A stretch of DNA of 64,000 bases from Eledone cirrhosa (GCA_964016885.1 OZ024745.1:114266001-114330000), one strand, 5' to 3'; counted from the stretch's first letter, positions 25,915 through 40,748 are shown. Program-made: numbers and translations. The notes: generated by a model from the sequence alone, not told the origin.

Positions 25915-26199
25915 CGTGTGTGTGTGTGTGTGTGTGTCTGTGTGTGTATGTATGTATGTATGTATGTATGTATGTATGTATATATCTTCATATATGTGAA
26001 AAAATGGGGAGAAGAATACTGCAGGTTGCACATGGATAACATGTTATAAAATGAGTCCCTCATCAGTGATTTGCCAACGATCATAGATATTTCATTGCAT
26101 TAAAAATCATATACCTCACGTTGGTGCAATAATAACTAAATTAAGTTATTAGGACAATTAAAACGCGTAAAGCGAGTGAGACAAGTAAACAACAAAGAG

Positions 26200-26257
<58 letters not shown>

Positions 26258-26801
26258 TACACGGGTGTGTATGATTGTGTATGATTACGGTGTGTATGAT
26301 TGTGTAATATGATTGTATATTAATAAAAGGAATTCCAACTTTGTCTGATTTACTCGTTTTATTTACAATCCTTTAAAATTTATAATGGTATTAGAATGAA
26401 ATAGTATGGTAGAATATTAAATGCTAAGTGTTAATTTCAAGTACTGTCATGCTTTCGCAATCTTCAGGTTCATATTCTGTGGTGACAGTCAAGTTTGCAA
26501 TTTTCAACTATGTATGTATATATGAACATATATACATACATACATACACACACACACACATACATACATATATATATATATATCGTATTATTTCATGATT
26601 GGCAGTATCGGTAGAGGTTCGGACGCCATGCTTTGACGCATAGAGTTACGGCCCTTGCCATTCTGAGTTCAAATCCCGCCGAGGTTAACTTTGCCTTTCA
26701 TCCTTACGGGGTCGATAAAATAAAGTACCAGTAATGTACTGGGTAATTTTCTGGCCTTGTGCCAATAGTAGAAACAATTATTTCATAGAATTAGAATAAT
26801 T

Positions 26802-26847
<46 letters not shown>

Positions 26848-27959
26848 TATGTCTGTGTGCGTAAAATGAGTGTGCCAGGAGAAATAGCTTTTCTTTCTCT
26901 CAAGTAATATTGAAAACATCATTGTTTCAGTATAATCATTTTTACAAAGAAAATTTCATATTTTCTCATTAGTTAATTCTATTATTTTTCACACTTCTTT
27001 ATTAGTCGTTATGTGTACTTTGGAACAATAACATTCCTAGGTTAAAAAAAAAAAGAAAAATTATTGTTCCCTGTGAGACTAATAAGGAAATAGGAAAAAA
27101 AAGCATTAAGAAAAGATTAATCTTCAAAACAGTTCTGTTTTCAATAAACATGCACACACCCACGCACTCGTGCATCTGCGTAGAAACACAATTAAAGTAA
27201 AAGTACATATTTTATATATCCTTTGTTATGAAAGGTATCTATGTTTTTAACGGAAATTTGTATATAAAATTATACATACATATCATGCCTTCATCACAGG
27301 TGAAAGAGTAGGTAGAATGAGAGAACTAAAACGTTTTCTACACGCCAGCGCTATCAAACTTTTGGAAAACCAATCGAATTTACTAAAAATTCAAAGAAAG
27401 TACAATTAAAATCTTTGCGCATGAGTTCTTTCTTCAGAGTCTAACATTAATAATTAAATTCGGAAGAAGGTTATACTAACGTTAGCGATAGGAATAATTA
27501 TTTCATAAATATAACAAGAATATTTGTTTGTGCAAACGTTTTGCAAAGGGTTTAATGAAATAGAATGGTATTCATTTTCTATTGCTATAAACATCGCAAT
27601 ACCTTATTCTAGACGTCATATAAAATTCTGTTATGACTTTATTGCTGTAACTTATTGTTTTGTCTTGTCTTTTACTCCACGGACAGTGCCTTGGTTTGTT
27701 TGTCAGACGCTGTGACCCCGAGTGGACCAACAGTCCCGTTGGTTGGGGTCGAAACTGGCTAAGTCCATCTCAATGGTAGAAGACTTTGTAGTTCTGTGTC
27801 TTTCGTTTGTCTTATAATTTAGAAAAAACAAAATTTTTTAAAAGTTTCTCCTTCAAAATGTTTTTTTAGAAAGTCGCACAAATTTCTTTTTGCGAAACTC
27901 GCACAAAGAAATATTGTTTTCTATATTTACGCAACTAACCACAAAGATACACACACAAT

Positions 27960-28004
27960 TCTTCTTCTTCTTCTTCTTCTTCTTCTTCCTCTTCCTCTTC
28001 TTCT

Positions 28005-28054
<50 letters not shown>

Positions 28055-28291
28055 TTCGTCTTCTTCTTCTTCTTCTTCTTCTTCTTCTTCTTCTTCTTCT
28101 TCTTCTTCTTCTTCTTCTTCTTCTTCTTCTTCTTCTTCTTCTTCTTCTTCTTCTTCTTCTTCTTCTTCTTCTTCTTCTTCTTCTTCTTCTTCTTCTTCTT
28201 CTTCTTCTTCTTCTTCTTCTTCTTCTTCTTCTTCTTCTTCTTCTTCTTCTTCTTCTTCTTCTTCTTCTTCTTCTTCTTCTTCTTCTTCTTC
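27960..28291. repeat. Compound (CTT)n/(GTC)n microsatellite, about 330 bp
   Basis: Directly visible. Confidence 0.98.
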
Positions 28292-29589
28292 TTTGCTAAA
28301 TATACATAAAAAGCGCAACTCAGAAAGTTGGTTTTGCGCTTTTTATGTATATTTAGCAAACAATATTAGCAGACAAATATTGGTTTATCTCTCCACTGAG
28401 CTGGAGGTAGAACTACTAACAGTGTCTGTAATCGCTATGTTTTATTGGATATATACCGTCTCATTAATATCTAGTATATCAATGTATAGTTTGTGCAAAT
28501 ATCTGTATCTAGTGTAATAACATAATCGTAGCTACACATATATGAAACTACTAACAAAGATTATAATCGTTATTCTTTATTAAATATATACCGTCTCACT
28601 AATACTTAGTATATCTCTATATATAGTTTGTACAAATATGTGTATACTGTATAATAACATGATCATAGTTATAGTTCGGTATATCTCTATATATAGTTTG
28701 TACAAATATATTTATATTGTATAATAACATAATCATAATTAAAGTTCGGTTTTCCCTAGAGGGTAGAACTAATATAATTACTTAATATAATATATGAACA
28801 AATAATAAATTAGAGTCCTGATATTATGATCAATACACACACATATATATATAGCTGAAAACTCTGACTGCTTTAGGTTTAATTATAAGACCTGCTAATA
28901 CTTTAGGCACTTAACTATTCAACAATAAATTCCTTAATAGTTATAACTGTAAATATCTCATAAATTGTATTATAGAAAATGTTGTCAGTGTTACAAGTAA
29001 TTTTGTTAAAGATTACCTTTCTAGCAATATTGAACATTATATTTTCTCTCTTTCGCGGGCTTCGTAAATCCTTTAAATTTATCTTCATAAAATTTTGAAT
29101 TTTAGAAATGTAACATAATTATATTATAAAATTAATACAAATAACCATCAACTTTTAAAACCTAAAATTTTGATTATTTACCCTGAAATAACATAAATTA
29201 AATATTTTGAAATTTAACCGCCAAAGCTATATATGTTTATGTGTGTCTAAAGGAAATTTGGGCATAAATTACTCCCCTTTGTCTCTCCCTCTCTTTAATT
29301 ATCTATCTTTTGTCTTCTCAAGCTAAATACTAAATAAATTATAACTCCAAATACATCTTCCTCTATACTTTCCTATTCCATATAGTTCTATAGTAGTATT
29401 TCAAATTTTAAAAACTCTATAACTGTTGCATTAAGGCAATGTGTTTCTTACTCACACTCTCTCTATTGATTCTATTACGGTTTCTCCTGTTTTCAATATT
29501 AGAGTATAAATATTGAGTTTTCTCATAAGTTAATCACTACCTTGATTAAATCTTAACCATCTAACATATCAGGGTATGTCATGTATCAT

Positions 29590-29657
29590 TTTATTTTATC
29601 TGATGAGGACGTACTGTTAAACTTAATTCAGTACCTCTGAAATATGTATAATAAAAT
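29590..29657 (+). ncRNA. Hammerhead ribozyme motif
   Basis: CTGATGA, extended stem II GTACTG...CAGTAC, GAAA-TATG-TA, AT-rich stem I ATTTTAT/ATAAAAT. Confidence 0.55.
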
Positions 29658-29814
29658 TTAATTGATCACAAGAATATCTATTTTGTTAATATTTGAATTA
29701 ATATATATATATAAATATATAGTAATAATAATAAATTTAAAGACTAAAATCCAAAGAGGGCTCGATAAGGATAAATATATATCAAATATATAAGAACCGT
29801 AGAGCAAATATTTA

Positions 29815-31900
29815 TTAAAATAACAGATTAAAGTTTAAGCAAAGAATCGCTGCTTTCACCCTTAACGGGATCTTCTGAAACTAAAAAAATCAATCTGTGA
29901 ACGCAGAAGTAAATATTTCGAAAAACGTTGCAACGGAAGGAAGACAGGAAGACGATACTTTGGTTCTTGGAAACGTTCCCTGGCAAAGAACAGAAAAACG
30001 AAGATAATACGTGGTCGATAAAATTAAGTACCAGTAATGCACTGGGGATAAAATTAAGTACCAGTAATGCACTGGGGATTTGCTGGCCTTGTGCCAATAG
30101 TAAAAACAATTATTTGGAGCGATGAAAACAAGTTCACGCAAAGACAATCGCAAAAACACTCACAGTGGTTAAGAATTTCGAAGTTGATGTCATCCTCAAT
30201 GCCCGTAAGTCGATGATTAATTTCGACGACTCTATTTGGATTAAGAAATCTAATAGTACCCAATTCGACGTGAGTATGGGCGCCAACGATTCTGCGGAGG
30301 TTACTGATCTGATCGGCCCTTTCCTTCTTTTCTCTATCAAGGAAGAATTCCCGAACGTGGGCGGTGGTTTGTACCGTGGGCGGTGGTTTGTACCGGTGGT
30401 TTGTACCGGTGGTTTGTACCGATCTTTTGACCATGACAAAGTGCGCCCCACGTGCTTGCGACAGGTTCAGAAAAGAACTCACAGCCTTCTTTAAAGGCTT
30501 CAACCTCTCCATACAGCTTGAGGCCAACTCCTCAGTCGTTAATTAACTCGATGTTACCCTCAATTTGTCGAATAGCTTGCACTACCCGTATAGAAAGCCG
30601 AATGATACGCTTAATTACATAAGTAAGCATTCTAACCATCCTACCAGCATAACTAAGAACCTGGTAAGAAACGTTTCTTTGAGGCTTTCCCGTCTATCTA
30701 CAAACGAGCATATTTTCACCGACCATTCCACATATTACAATGAAGCTCTTGCTCGGAGTGGATTTGTCGATAAGGTAGCTTATACAAAGTATGAGAATAG
30801 ACCTAGGAAGAATAGATCCCGACGCATTATATGGTATAACCCACCATATAATATGGAGGTGGCCACACCATTAGCTAAGATCTTTCTCTCCCTTATTATG
30901 AAGCATTTTCCTCCAGTACATTAATATAGTAAAATTTTTAATAGAAATACCATTAAAATGTCTTACTCTACGATTCCTAACCTTGCACATAACATCACAG
31001 CTTCAAATTTAGCTAAACTACCTAGCCGTGGGAACACGTGCAACTCTGTAGCTAGTACTAGCTGTAATTGTAGGAATCGGGTTGACTTCCCCCTATCCGG
31101 GAAATGCCTCTCTAGTAACATTGTCTACAAATGTAAGGTTGAAACACCCACGTCCCGTAGGGCCTACATAGGGTTAACTGCCAATAGATTCAAGCAGCAT
31201 ATTTACATGCATACCCATTCTTTTCTTTACCCTTTAAGAAGGAATATGACGTCACTTTCACCTTATATCTGGAGTCTAAAAGACAACTATACCCAATATA
31301 AGTTACACTGGGAGATCCTAGCTAAAGCTAGATCGTATAACGGAAATAAAAGACCAAGTGACCTCTGCGCCGCTGAAGCCCTGGAAATACTCTACGCCAA
31401 AGACCACATCTTAAACAAAACATCTGAGGCAATTTCGGCTTGTAAACATAAATTGCACAAAACGTTCCTGTATTACAGCCCCACATTATACCCTAACGGA
31501 TAGTACGAACTATACGCGGATAGTTTACGTCTTGATGTGGTAGCTAAGTATATCTTATGTTTATACCATTACTTATTTGTATAGGTAAGTATATATTACC
31601 TGTATGTTTTGTGAAGGTACGTATACTTTCTCGTATGTATATTTGCTTGTATTTGTTATAGGCGTATATATTATATTATATATACTGGCACGTGTGCATA
31701 TGGTTATGTGTATACGTGAGTTTTGTAACTGTGTGAGTATTCAGGTTTGTACGTATGTAGGGTGTGTGTAATGTGTACTTTGTGTTTTGGTTGACGTCGT
31801 TTAGCGAACATATGTGTATTTACATGTAGGTATGTGTGCGCGCGCGTTATATACGTATTTATGTGTGTATATTTATATACGTTTATATAATTATATGTAT

Positions 31901-31995
<95 letters not shown>

Positions 31996-32685
31996 TATAT
32001 TTTTATGTGTATTTGGTGTATACGTTAGTATGTGTGCGGGTACAGGCGTTACGTGGGTTCTGTATGTGCGTGCGTGTTTTTTTGTGTACGTGCTTGTATT
32101 TGCATATCCATGGCGGGCGTTTTTGCGTATGCATGTGTATGTACGTATATGGATGCGTGTATATATTTAATTTTTGTTGATTTCAATTACCTCTGTAATT
32201 TATTTACATTATTCTTAACTCTGAAGCCGAGAATCATTCGGTTTCCTAAATAGAATTTTAGTCTACGACTTCAGTTATATCATAAACGTGGTTTTGCTTT
32301 TGCGTGTAATTGTTCTCATCGTTCCACATAATGACGTATTATCTTCGTTTTTTCCGTTCATTGCCAGAGAACGTCTCCACGAACCACCTAATAGAATATT
32401 AGTCTACGACTTCATTTATACCATAAACGTGGTTTGTCTTTGCGTGTAATTGTTTTCACCGCTCCAAATAATTGTTTCTACTATTGGCACAAGGCCAGTA
32501 AAACCCCAGTACATTACTGGTACTTTATTTTATCGACCCCGCATTATCTTCGATTTTCTGTCTTCCTTCGGTTGCAACGTTTTTGGAAATATTTAATTCT
32601 GCGTTCACAGATTGATTTTTTTAGTTTCAGAAGATCCCGTTAAGGGTGAAAGCAGCGATTCTTTGCTTAAACTTTAATCTGTTAT

Positions 32686-32690
<5 letters not shown>
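29815..32690 (+). mobile_element. Penelope-like retroelement (RT thumb + GIY-YIG) with inverted terminal repeats
   Basis: FDVSMGANDSAEVTDLIG...GGLYR; YRKPNDTLNYISKHSNHP; IIWYNPPYN; CNCRNRVDFPLSGKCLSSNIVYKCKV...AYIGLT. Interrupted by stops. 29815-30147 is inverted relative to 32433-32690. Confidence 0.92.
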
Positions 32691-32777
<87 letters not shown>

Positions 32778-32794
32778 GTATATATATTATATAT

Positions 32795-34015
32795 ATATAT
32801 TATAAAGCTGGCGGTCGTATGTAACAAACTTTTCGCCAAACGGCTGGACCAAACAGCACCAAATTTGCACCATAGATGTAACTTTTTCCAAGTAAGAAAG
32901 TGAGGGTATTTTCGTCTTCTAAATTTCGTTAAAAGATTAAAGATATTTTATCGTTTATTTAAATATTCACTTCTTTAAAATTTTCAAATATCAACACTTC
33001 CGGTTATACGACATTCCCCTCTCTTTCTTAGTCTGTCTTTTTAGATAGATACATAGCTATAACGTCGCGCCCTTATAATATGTCTCTGTATGTCATGCTG
33101 TCTGCATTAGATACATAGCTATAACGTCGCACGCTTATAATATCTGTCTGTCTTCACGAACCAAAGTATCGTCTTCCTGTTTTCCTTCGGTTGAAACGTT
33201 TTTCGAAATATTTATTTCTGCGTTCACAGATTGTTTTTTTTTTTTTTGTTTCAGAAGATCCCGTTAAGGGTGAAAGCAGCGATACTTTTCTTAAACTTTA
33301 ATCTGTTATTTTAATATATATGTATAATTATATATTCGTGTAGAGATATTTTTGCATACACAAAAACAAAATATAAACAGACGTATTTATTTCACGAAAG
33401 CTCAGACGGCTTATTGTCATTGTTACTGCCGATATGCCACCCAAAAAGTTCCAGCCTGACTGCAAGATCAGATTTTCCAGAAGAAAAAATGTTACTAGAG
33501 CAACAGAGAGACTAAGCTTCGCGATTACCATCAACAAAGCTCAGGGTCAAACCCTAAAAGTGGCTGGCCTTCATCTGGGAAAAGCATGCTTCTCCCATGG
33601 TCAATTGTATGTAGGATGCTCTAGGGTGAGCTCGCCAAACAATCTCTTCATCTTTGCTCCCGAGGGCCGAACAAAATATATTCTGAGGCTCTAACAATGT
33701 AATTTATGTATTTTCTGTTACTTGGAATTTCCATTATGGTTGTACAAATTATTGTAAAGTTTGTTTTAAAATGTGTTCTCTGTTCAGCCTTTATTGTTGT
33801 AACTATCAATTTTCTTTAACGTACTGGCTGCTGAACTGGGGATTCCTAAAAAACTATTCAAACCCAACATCAGAACACGTTCACCCCCACCCCCACCCAC
33901 CCCCTCGCTGACTTGAGAGGGCGTGCGGTATCTTTGCACTGGAGTGGAGAGGAGAATCCTGAAAAGATAAAATGCCGGTATACCTAGCCGAACACCAGCC
34001 GGACGGGCCAGCTAG
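32795..34015 (+). mobile_element. Internally deleted Helitron with PIF1-helicase C-terminal fragment
   Basis: RLSFAITINKAQGQTLKVAGLHL...FSHGQLYVGCSRV (33510-33694). 3' end is a GC-rich segment followed by CTAG|T at 34012-34016. Confidence 0.9.
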
Positions 34016-34283
34016 TATATAAATAAAACTCGGTGTATGGAAGCTGTTAAAACAGCAAAATACCGTCGAAGCGGCGTTGGGTAAAATATTACCCCGAAGT
34101 ACAAAGATCAACGGTTCGATATGAGTTGACTCGAAGAGAAGAAGAGAAGATAGGAAGGAAGAAATAGAACGAATGAATGAGAACAGGTCGCAAACATTAA
34201 AATATGGTCTTCAGATTTCAACTCCTGCAGTTTCGACGAATTAATTTATATATATATATATAAATATAAATTAATTCGTCTAA

Positions 34284-34299
<16 letters not shown>

Positions 34300-34314
<15 letters not shown>

Positions 34315-35036
34315 TCGTTTCTGAATTTGTTTAGCAAGATTCTTTATCTGAAATCGTGTGTTGAAACCGATATTGTTATACTTTGGGAGGGTCATGTTGC
34401 CAATAAGAAACACACACAAAAAAAAAAAATAGAATCCACGCACAGAAAAGACGCAATGTTTAGGCAAATTACAGAGGCAGTAAGCATAAAAGAATTAAAA
34501 CCAAAATTAAATAGAAAATATGAGTGGAACAGCAACATCACAACTTACAATTAAAGACAAAATGAAAACACACACACACATAGAACAAACAACTTACAAT
34601 TGAAAACACACACAAAATGAAAACACACACAGGACAAAATGAAAACACACACACACATAGAACAAACAACCAACCAACAATAAATAAATAAACAAATAGA
34701 AAAATGAACACAAACACACACAGACACCCGGATGTGGCACATGCGCAAACTGAGCACACAACACACACACAGAAACAAAATGGCGTAGGATAGAAGAAAG
34801 AAAAGGCACAGAAACGAAGAAAGGAATCCCCAGTCACTGAAGAGGTCACAGAGTGTGTGACGAAAGGACTATGATTATATATATAAATAACTATCTGGTT
34901 GTGGAACCAACCAACCAACCAGAAATTTATAGGTTTGTAGATTTGTAAATTTATAAATTTATAAATATATAATAAATTGAAGTGAAAGCAACTGGTGCGT
35001 GTGTTTCTTATTGGCAACATGACTCTCCCAAAGTAT

Positions 35037-35045
<9 letters not shown>
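34300..35045. mobile_element. Penelope-like terminal-repeat remnant with inverted ends
   Basis: TATTGTTATACTTTGGGAGGGTCATGTTGCCAATAAGAAACACAC at about 34370 and its inverse at 34998-35045. Same terminus as at 21480. Both sides abut (TA)n. Confidence 0.7.
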
Positions 35046-35100
<55 letters not shown>

Positions 35101-35422
35101 TCTTGCTTACATCTCACTCACGTCGGACGTCTGTACGTTTCGCTCATGAAATCCACCCAGCTTATGCTGACCAGGACTACCATGTTGCTTGTTTTTTTCC
35201 TTTCTTTGGTTTGCTTTTATCCTTCTATGTTGTTCACTTGTCCCCCTCGCTTTACGCGATTTACTGGTCCCAATAACTTTTTTTAGTTATTGCTCGCACC
35301 AACCTGAGGTATATGATTTTTAATGCGATGAAATACCAATGATGGTTGGAAAATCACTGACGAAGGACTATTTTTATCATATGTAACCCATGTGCAACCA
35401 CGCAGTATTCTTCTTTCTTCTC

Positions 35423-35548
<126 letters not shown>

Positions 35549-35747
35549 CAAGATGAAATCGAAAATGCAACTGGAGTCTTATTTTTAAAAATATATATAT
35601 ATATTTATTTGGTTCCTTTACCGGTTTCGCAGTTCTTCTGCTTTTCAAAAGTAGAGTTGAGATGGAGGGTCTGTGGTTTTTCTCAGATGTGAGAAAAACC
35701 ACAGACCCTCCATCGTCGGGGTCCTGATACTTTTCCTAACCCCCCCC

Positions 35748-35847
<100 letters not shown>

Positions 35848-35885
35848 GTATGTATACATACACACACACACACACACACACACAT

Positions 35886-35960
<75 letters not shown>

Positions 35961-36131
35961 TACATACATGATGGCTGCCCCCTCGTTATCGAGTATGGCT
36001 ATAGCATGATATACCATTATTAATAATTATTAATTAATTCTATCGTGCAATGCCTGTGCGTGAAGATACATACATACATACATACATACATACATACATA
36101 CATACATACATACATACATACATACATACAT

Positions 36132-36226
<95 letters not shown>

Positions 36227-36821
36227 ATTGTATCTACTTTTGGCACAAGGCCAGCAATTAGCCAGTGCATTATTGGTACTTTATTTTATCGACCCCGTAA
36301 GGATGAAAGGCAAAGTAAACCTCGGCGGGATTTGAACTCAGAATGGCAAGGACCGTAACTCTATGCGTCAAAGCATGGCGTCCGACATAATAATAATAAA
36401 TTTGAAGACTAAAATCCAAAGAGGGCTCGATAAGGATAAATATATATCAAATGTATAAGAACCGTAGAGCATATATATATATATATAATGTTTATTCTTT
36501 AACATCAACATTAATTTGTTAAAAATAAGAATATTTTTCTTGAGAAGACCTCAAATTTTATATATGATAGCTTAGAAAACTCGGCCCTGTAAGTATCATG
36601 TCTATTGTTGATCATAGGTATGCCCAAGGAAGGCTGACCTGGTGTTAAATAGCGCCAATGTACAGCATTCTACATATATAGCCTGATATTAATTCACAGT
36701 TGTATCAGCATCTAGCACTGAATACAAACGCACATGTTACTAAAGAAACCTGGCGAATGTTGATGACTAAACAATCTATTGGGAGTTAACTTCAGTTGCC
36801 ATAGATACCATCATAACAATT

Positions 36822-37727
36822 TACATACATACATTCATACATGCATACGTACTTATCTACATACATACATACATACATACATACATACATACATACATAC
36901 ATACAAACGTACATACATACATACATACATACATACATACATACATACATACATACATACATACAAACGTACATACATACATACATACATACGTACGTAT
37001 CTACATACATACGTACGTACGTACATACATACATACATACATGCATACATAGATACATACATACATACATACATACATACATACATACATACATACATAC
37101 ATACATACATACATACGTACGTACGTATCTACATACATACATACATACATACATACATACATACATACATACGTATGTACATACATACATACATACGTAT
37201 CTACATACATACGTACGTACGTACATACATACATACATACATACATACATACATACATACATACATACATACATACATACATACATACATACATACGTAC
37301 GTATCTACATACATACATACGTACATACATACATACATACATACATACATACATACATACATACATACATACATACATACATACATACATACATACATAC
37401 ATACGTATCTACATACATACAAACGTACGTACATACATACATACATACATGCATACATACGTACGTATCTACATACATACATACATACATACATACATAC
37501 ATACATACGTATGTACATACATACAAACGTACATACATACATACATACATACATACATACATACATACATACATACATACATACATACGTATCTACATAC
37601 ATACAAACGTACGTACGTACATACATACGTACATACTACATACATACATACATAATACATACATACATACATACATACATACATACAAACATACATACAT
37701 ACACACATACATACATACATACATACA

Positions 37728-37758
<31 letters not shown>

Positions 37759-38290
37759 GTACGTACGTATCTACATAATACATACATACATAAGTACGTA
37801 CATACATGCGTACGTAGTACATACATACGTACATACAAACATACGTACATACATATATACATACGTATATTCATACATACGTACGTACATGCATAGATAC
37901 ATACGTACATACATACATATATACATCCATACATACATATATGTACATACAGATATGTACATACATACATACGTACATACATACGTACTTACATACATAT
38001 ATACTTTCATACATACATATGTACATACATACATACGTACGGACATGCATACATACGTACGTACATATGTACATGCGTACATTCATACATGCGTACGTAC
38101 ATACATAGATACATACGTACGCACATACATACATATATACATTCATACATATGTACATATATACGTACGTACATACATACTTACATACATATGTACGTAC
38201 ATACATTCATATATACACACAAACATACAGACATACAGATATAGTACATACATACACACATCCATCCATACATACATTCATACATACATA
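36822..38290. repeat. About 1.5-kb degenerate (TACA)n microsatellite
   Basis: Directly visible. It is the source of the spurious YIHT/MYVC ORFs. Confidence 0.98.
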
Positions 38291-38483
38291 CACCGTTCCC
38301 CATACATGTAAACAAAACCGCCCTCACATGCATATAGAAATATGCGTGCGTGTTTATACATATATATACAATGAGAAACAAGCGTGTTTATAGTTACAGT
38401 AATATATATTTGTGTTAACACACACATACATGTATATATGTATTTTATATATAAATACACATCCATACATATATGTGTATATG

Positions 38484-39011
38484 TAGGGAGACCCAGAAAA
38501 ACCTGGGACGACTTGATAAATTCCGACCTTACACACTTACACCTCCCTAAGACAATGTCACTGGACCGAGATCTTTGGCGCTACGCAGTAATACAGAAGA
38601 CCCGCCTTGCCTAAATACAAAGCGAAACCTACAGTCGTTACGCACTTCTTAAACAAAATACACCCCCCCCCCCCGTCCCACTACCCCTACCCCCACCCCC
38701 ATCTACACCACCCCTTTCAATGTAAACTTATGTTGGTACCACAACTTCCAGTCCTAAATAAACGAGGTCGTGCAGGTGTCACGACACACAAAAAAGAACA
38801 CACAGTCCACGCTGTAATGTGGCCTTGTAGGTAACACGGTAAAAACCTTCCAGTCCACACTGTAAATGTGGTCGGTGTTAGGAAGGTCATCCAGCCGTAG
38901 AAAACCTGCCAGACAGACCTATACGAGCGAGACAACCAATCTTGCCCCAAGTGGGACAGTTCCCGTCTAAACCCATGCTAGCGTGGAAGATAGACGTTAA
39001 ACGATGATGAT
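38484..39011 (+). mobile_element. RTE LINE 3' end
   Basis: VGRPRKTWDDLINSDLTHLHLPKTMSLDRDLWRYAV*, 3'UTR, ttaaacgatgatga tail. Confidence 0.9.
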
Positions 39012-39075
39012 ACATACGTACAAACATATATACAGGCCTATAATATATATATACAATATATAGAGGGAGAGGTAT

Positions 39076-39118
39076 ACAGTCCTGATGAAGGGTAATGACC
39101 CAGAAACATGTTGATTGT
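39076..39118 (+). ncRNA. Minimal type I hammerhead ribozyme motif
   Basis: Stem I ACAGTC/GATTGT, CTGATGA, stem II GGGT-aatg-ACCC, GAAA, palindromic CATG, then UU. Confidence 0.7.
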
Positions 39119-39491
39119 TCCTCAAAGCCAATGTTGAACAAAGAGGTGACGATCGGTCACCGGCACAGCACAGCTTCAAATCGGGTTGTTTGTTTACAAA
39201 CGAATCTATATATGTTTACAAACGAATGTATATGTGTTTGTGTATGTATGTATGTGTATATATATATATATGTGTGTGTGTGTGGCTCTGATGAAAGCCA
39301 ACCAGCGTGAAACAGATTATCAGCTTCTCTCCCTTCTTTCGCCGAAAAGAAGTAAGTGACATAGTCACTACTTTAAAACTGATAGCGTATGGTCTTCTAA
39401 ATGTGTTTAATTAAACATCCGGTATATTGCCAAATATACTATATATCCATTCATGTATACATCGCTATTTCAGAGCACCAATTCTAATACC

Positions 39492-39614
<123 letters not shown>

Positions 39615-39948
39615 TGTGCATACTTACATTTATGTATCAGGTGTGTTAGGGTGAGAAATAAAATTCTAATTTTATATTTATATATATATATAATATATAA
39701 GAACAAAAGATGGTTAAAAGAGTTCCATGTATTTTATTATGCGCATTTCAAAAACAAATATCATCATGCAATAATATTTGTGTTTTCATCAGATAAAATA
39801 GGAAGACATGATATGAAGATTAAAAAACACTTGTGGATAGTGCAGTATTAAATCAGCATATGAAAAGTAGTTTTAGATTGATGTGTGATATTGGGAAAAA
39901 AATATCCGATATCTGCATTCTTTTATTGTACTACAATAAAACTCACCT

Positions 39949-40087
<139 letters not shown>

Positions 40088-40609
40088 AAATATATATATA
40101 TATATATACTTTAATCATATATATATATACATATAATTAAAGTTTTCGCTCCGGCATAGCTGTATACATATACACGTACGTGAATTTCGTATATGTAATG
40201 ATATACAGTATGTTAACGAATAAATATTCGGAAAGCCTTCTTGCTATGAATATTAAAAAAGTGACGGCTAGCGCCGTCTAGAGTATTCCAGTAGAAGTAG
40301 CGGGGGACAACTGCCAACGCGTTTCTGTCTCTGGCCATCATTGGGAGAATGCTTCCCCTTCTCATTGCTGGAATTTGAAATAGGTGAAAATACATAATTT
40401 TTTTCGCTTTTGTAGAAGGGCTGATTAGCCTCATTTGCATATGGAGATATCAAGCTGGCTCAGCTTGAAAGTAGAATTTAAGATTTCGCTCCGACATAGC
40501 TGTATTCATATAATTATGTGAATTTCGTATATCTAATGATATACGGTATATTTACGAATAAACATGTGGAAAGACTTCTAACAATGAATATTAAAAAGCT
40601 GATGGTTGC

Positions 40610-40670
<61 letters not shown>

Positions 40671-40700
40671 GATTCACGTCTACTACTACTACTACTGCTG

Positions 40701-40748
<48 letters not shown>

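Noticed and set aside
27853-28359. Poly-K/E/F ORFs
   Set aside because: Translations of (CTT)n in different frames.
33434-33694. Host PIF1 helicase gene
   Set aside because: Only the last helicase motifs are present, followed by a Helitron CTAG end, so it is a transposon fragment.
35320-35375. Permuted hammerhead (GAAA...CTGACGA) in the repeat family also at 26050, 40850 and 41360
   Set aside because: Core words are present but I could not form the required three stems.
36779-38311. 510-aa YIHT-repeat ORF and overlapping ORFs
   Set aside because: Translation of a (TACA)n microsatellite.
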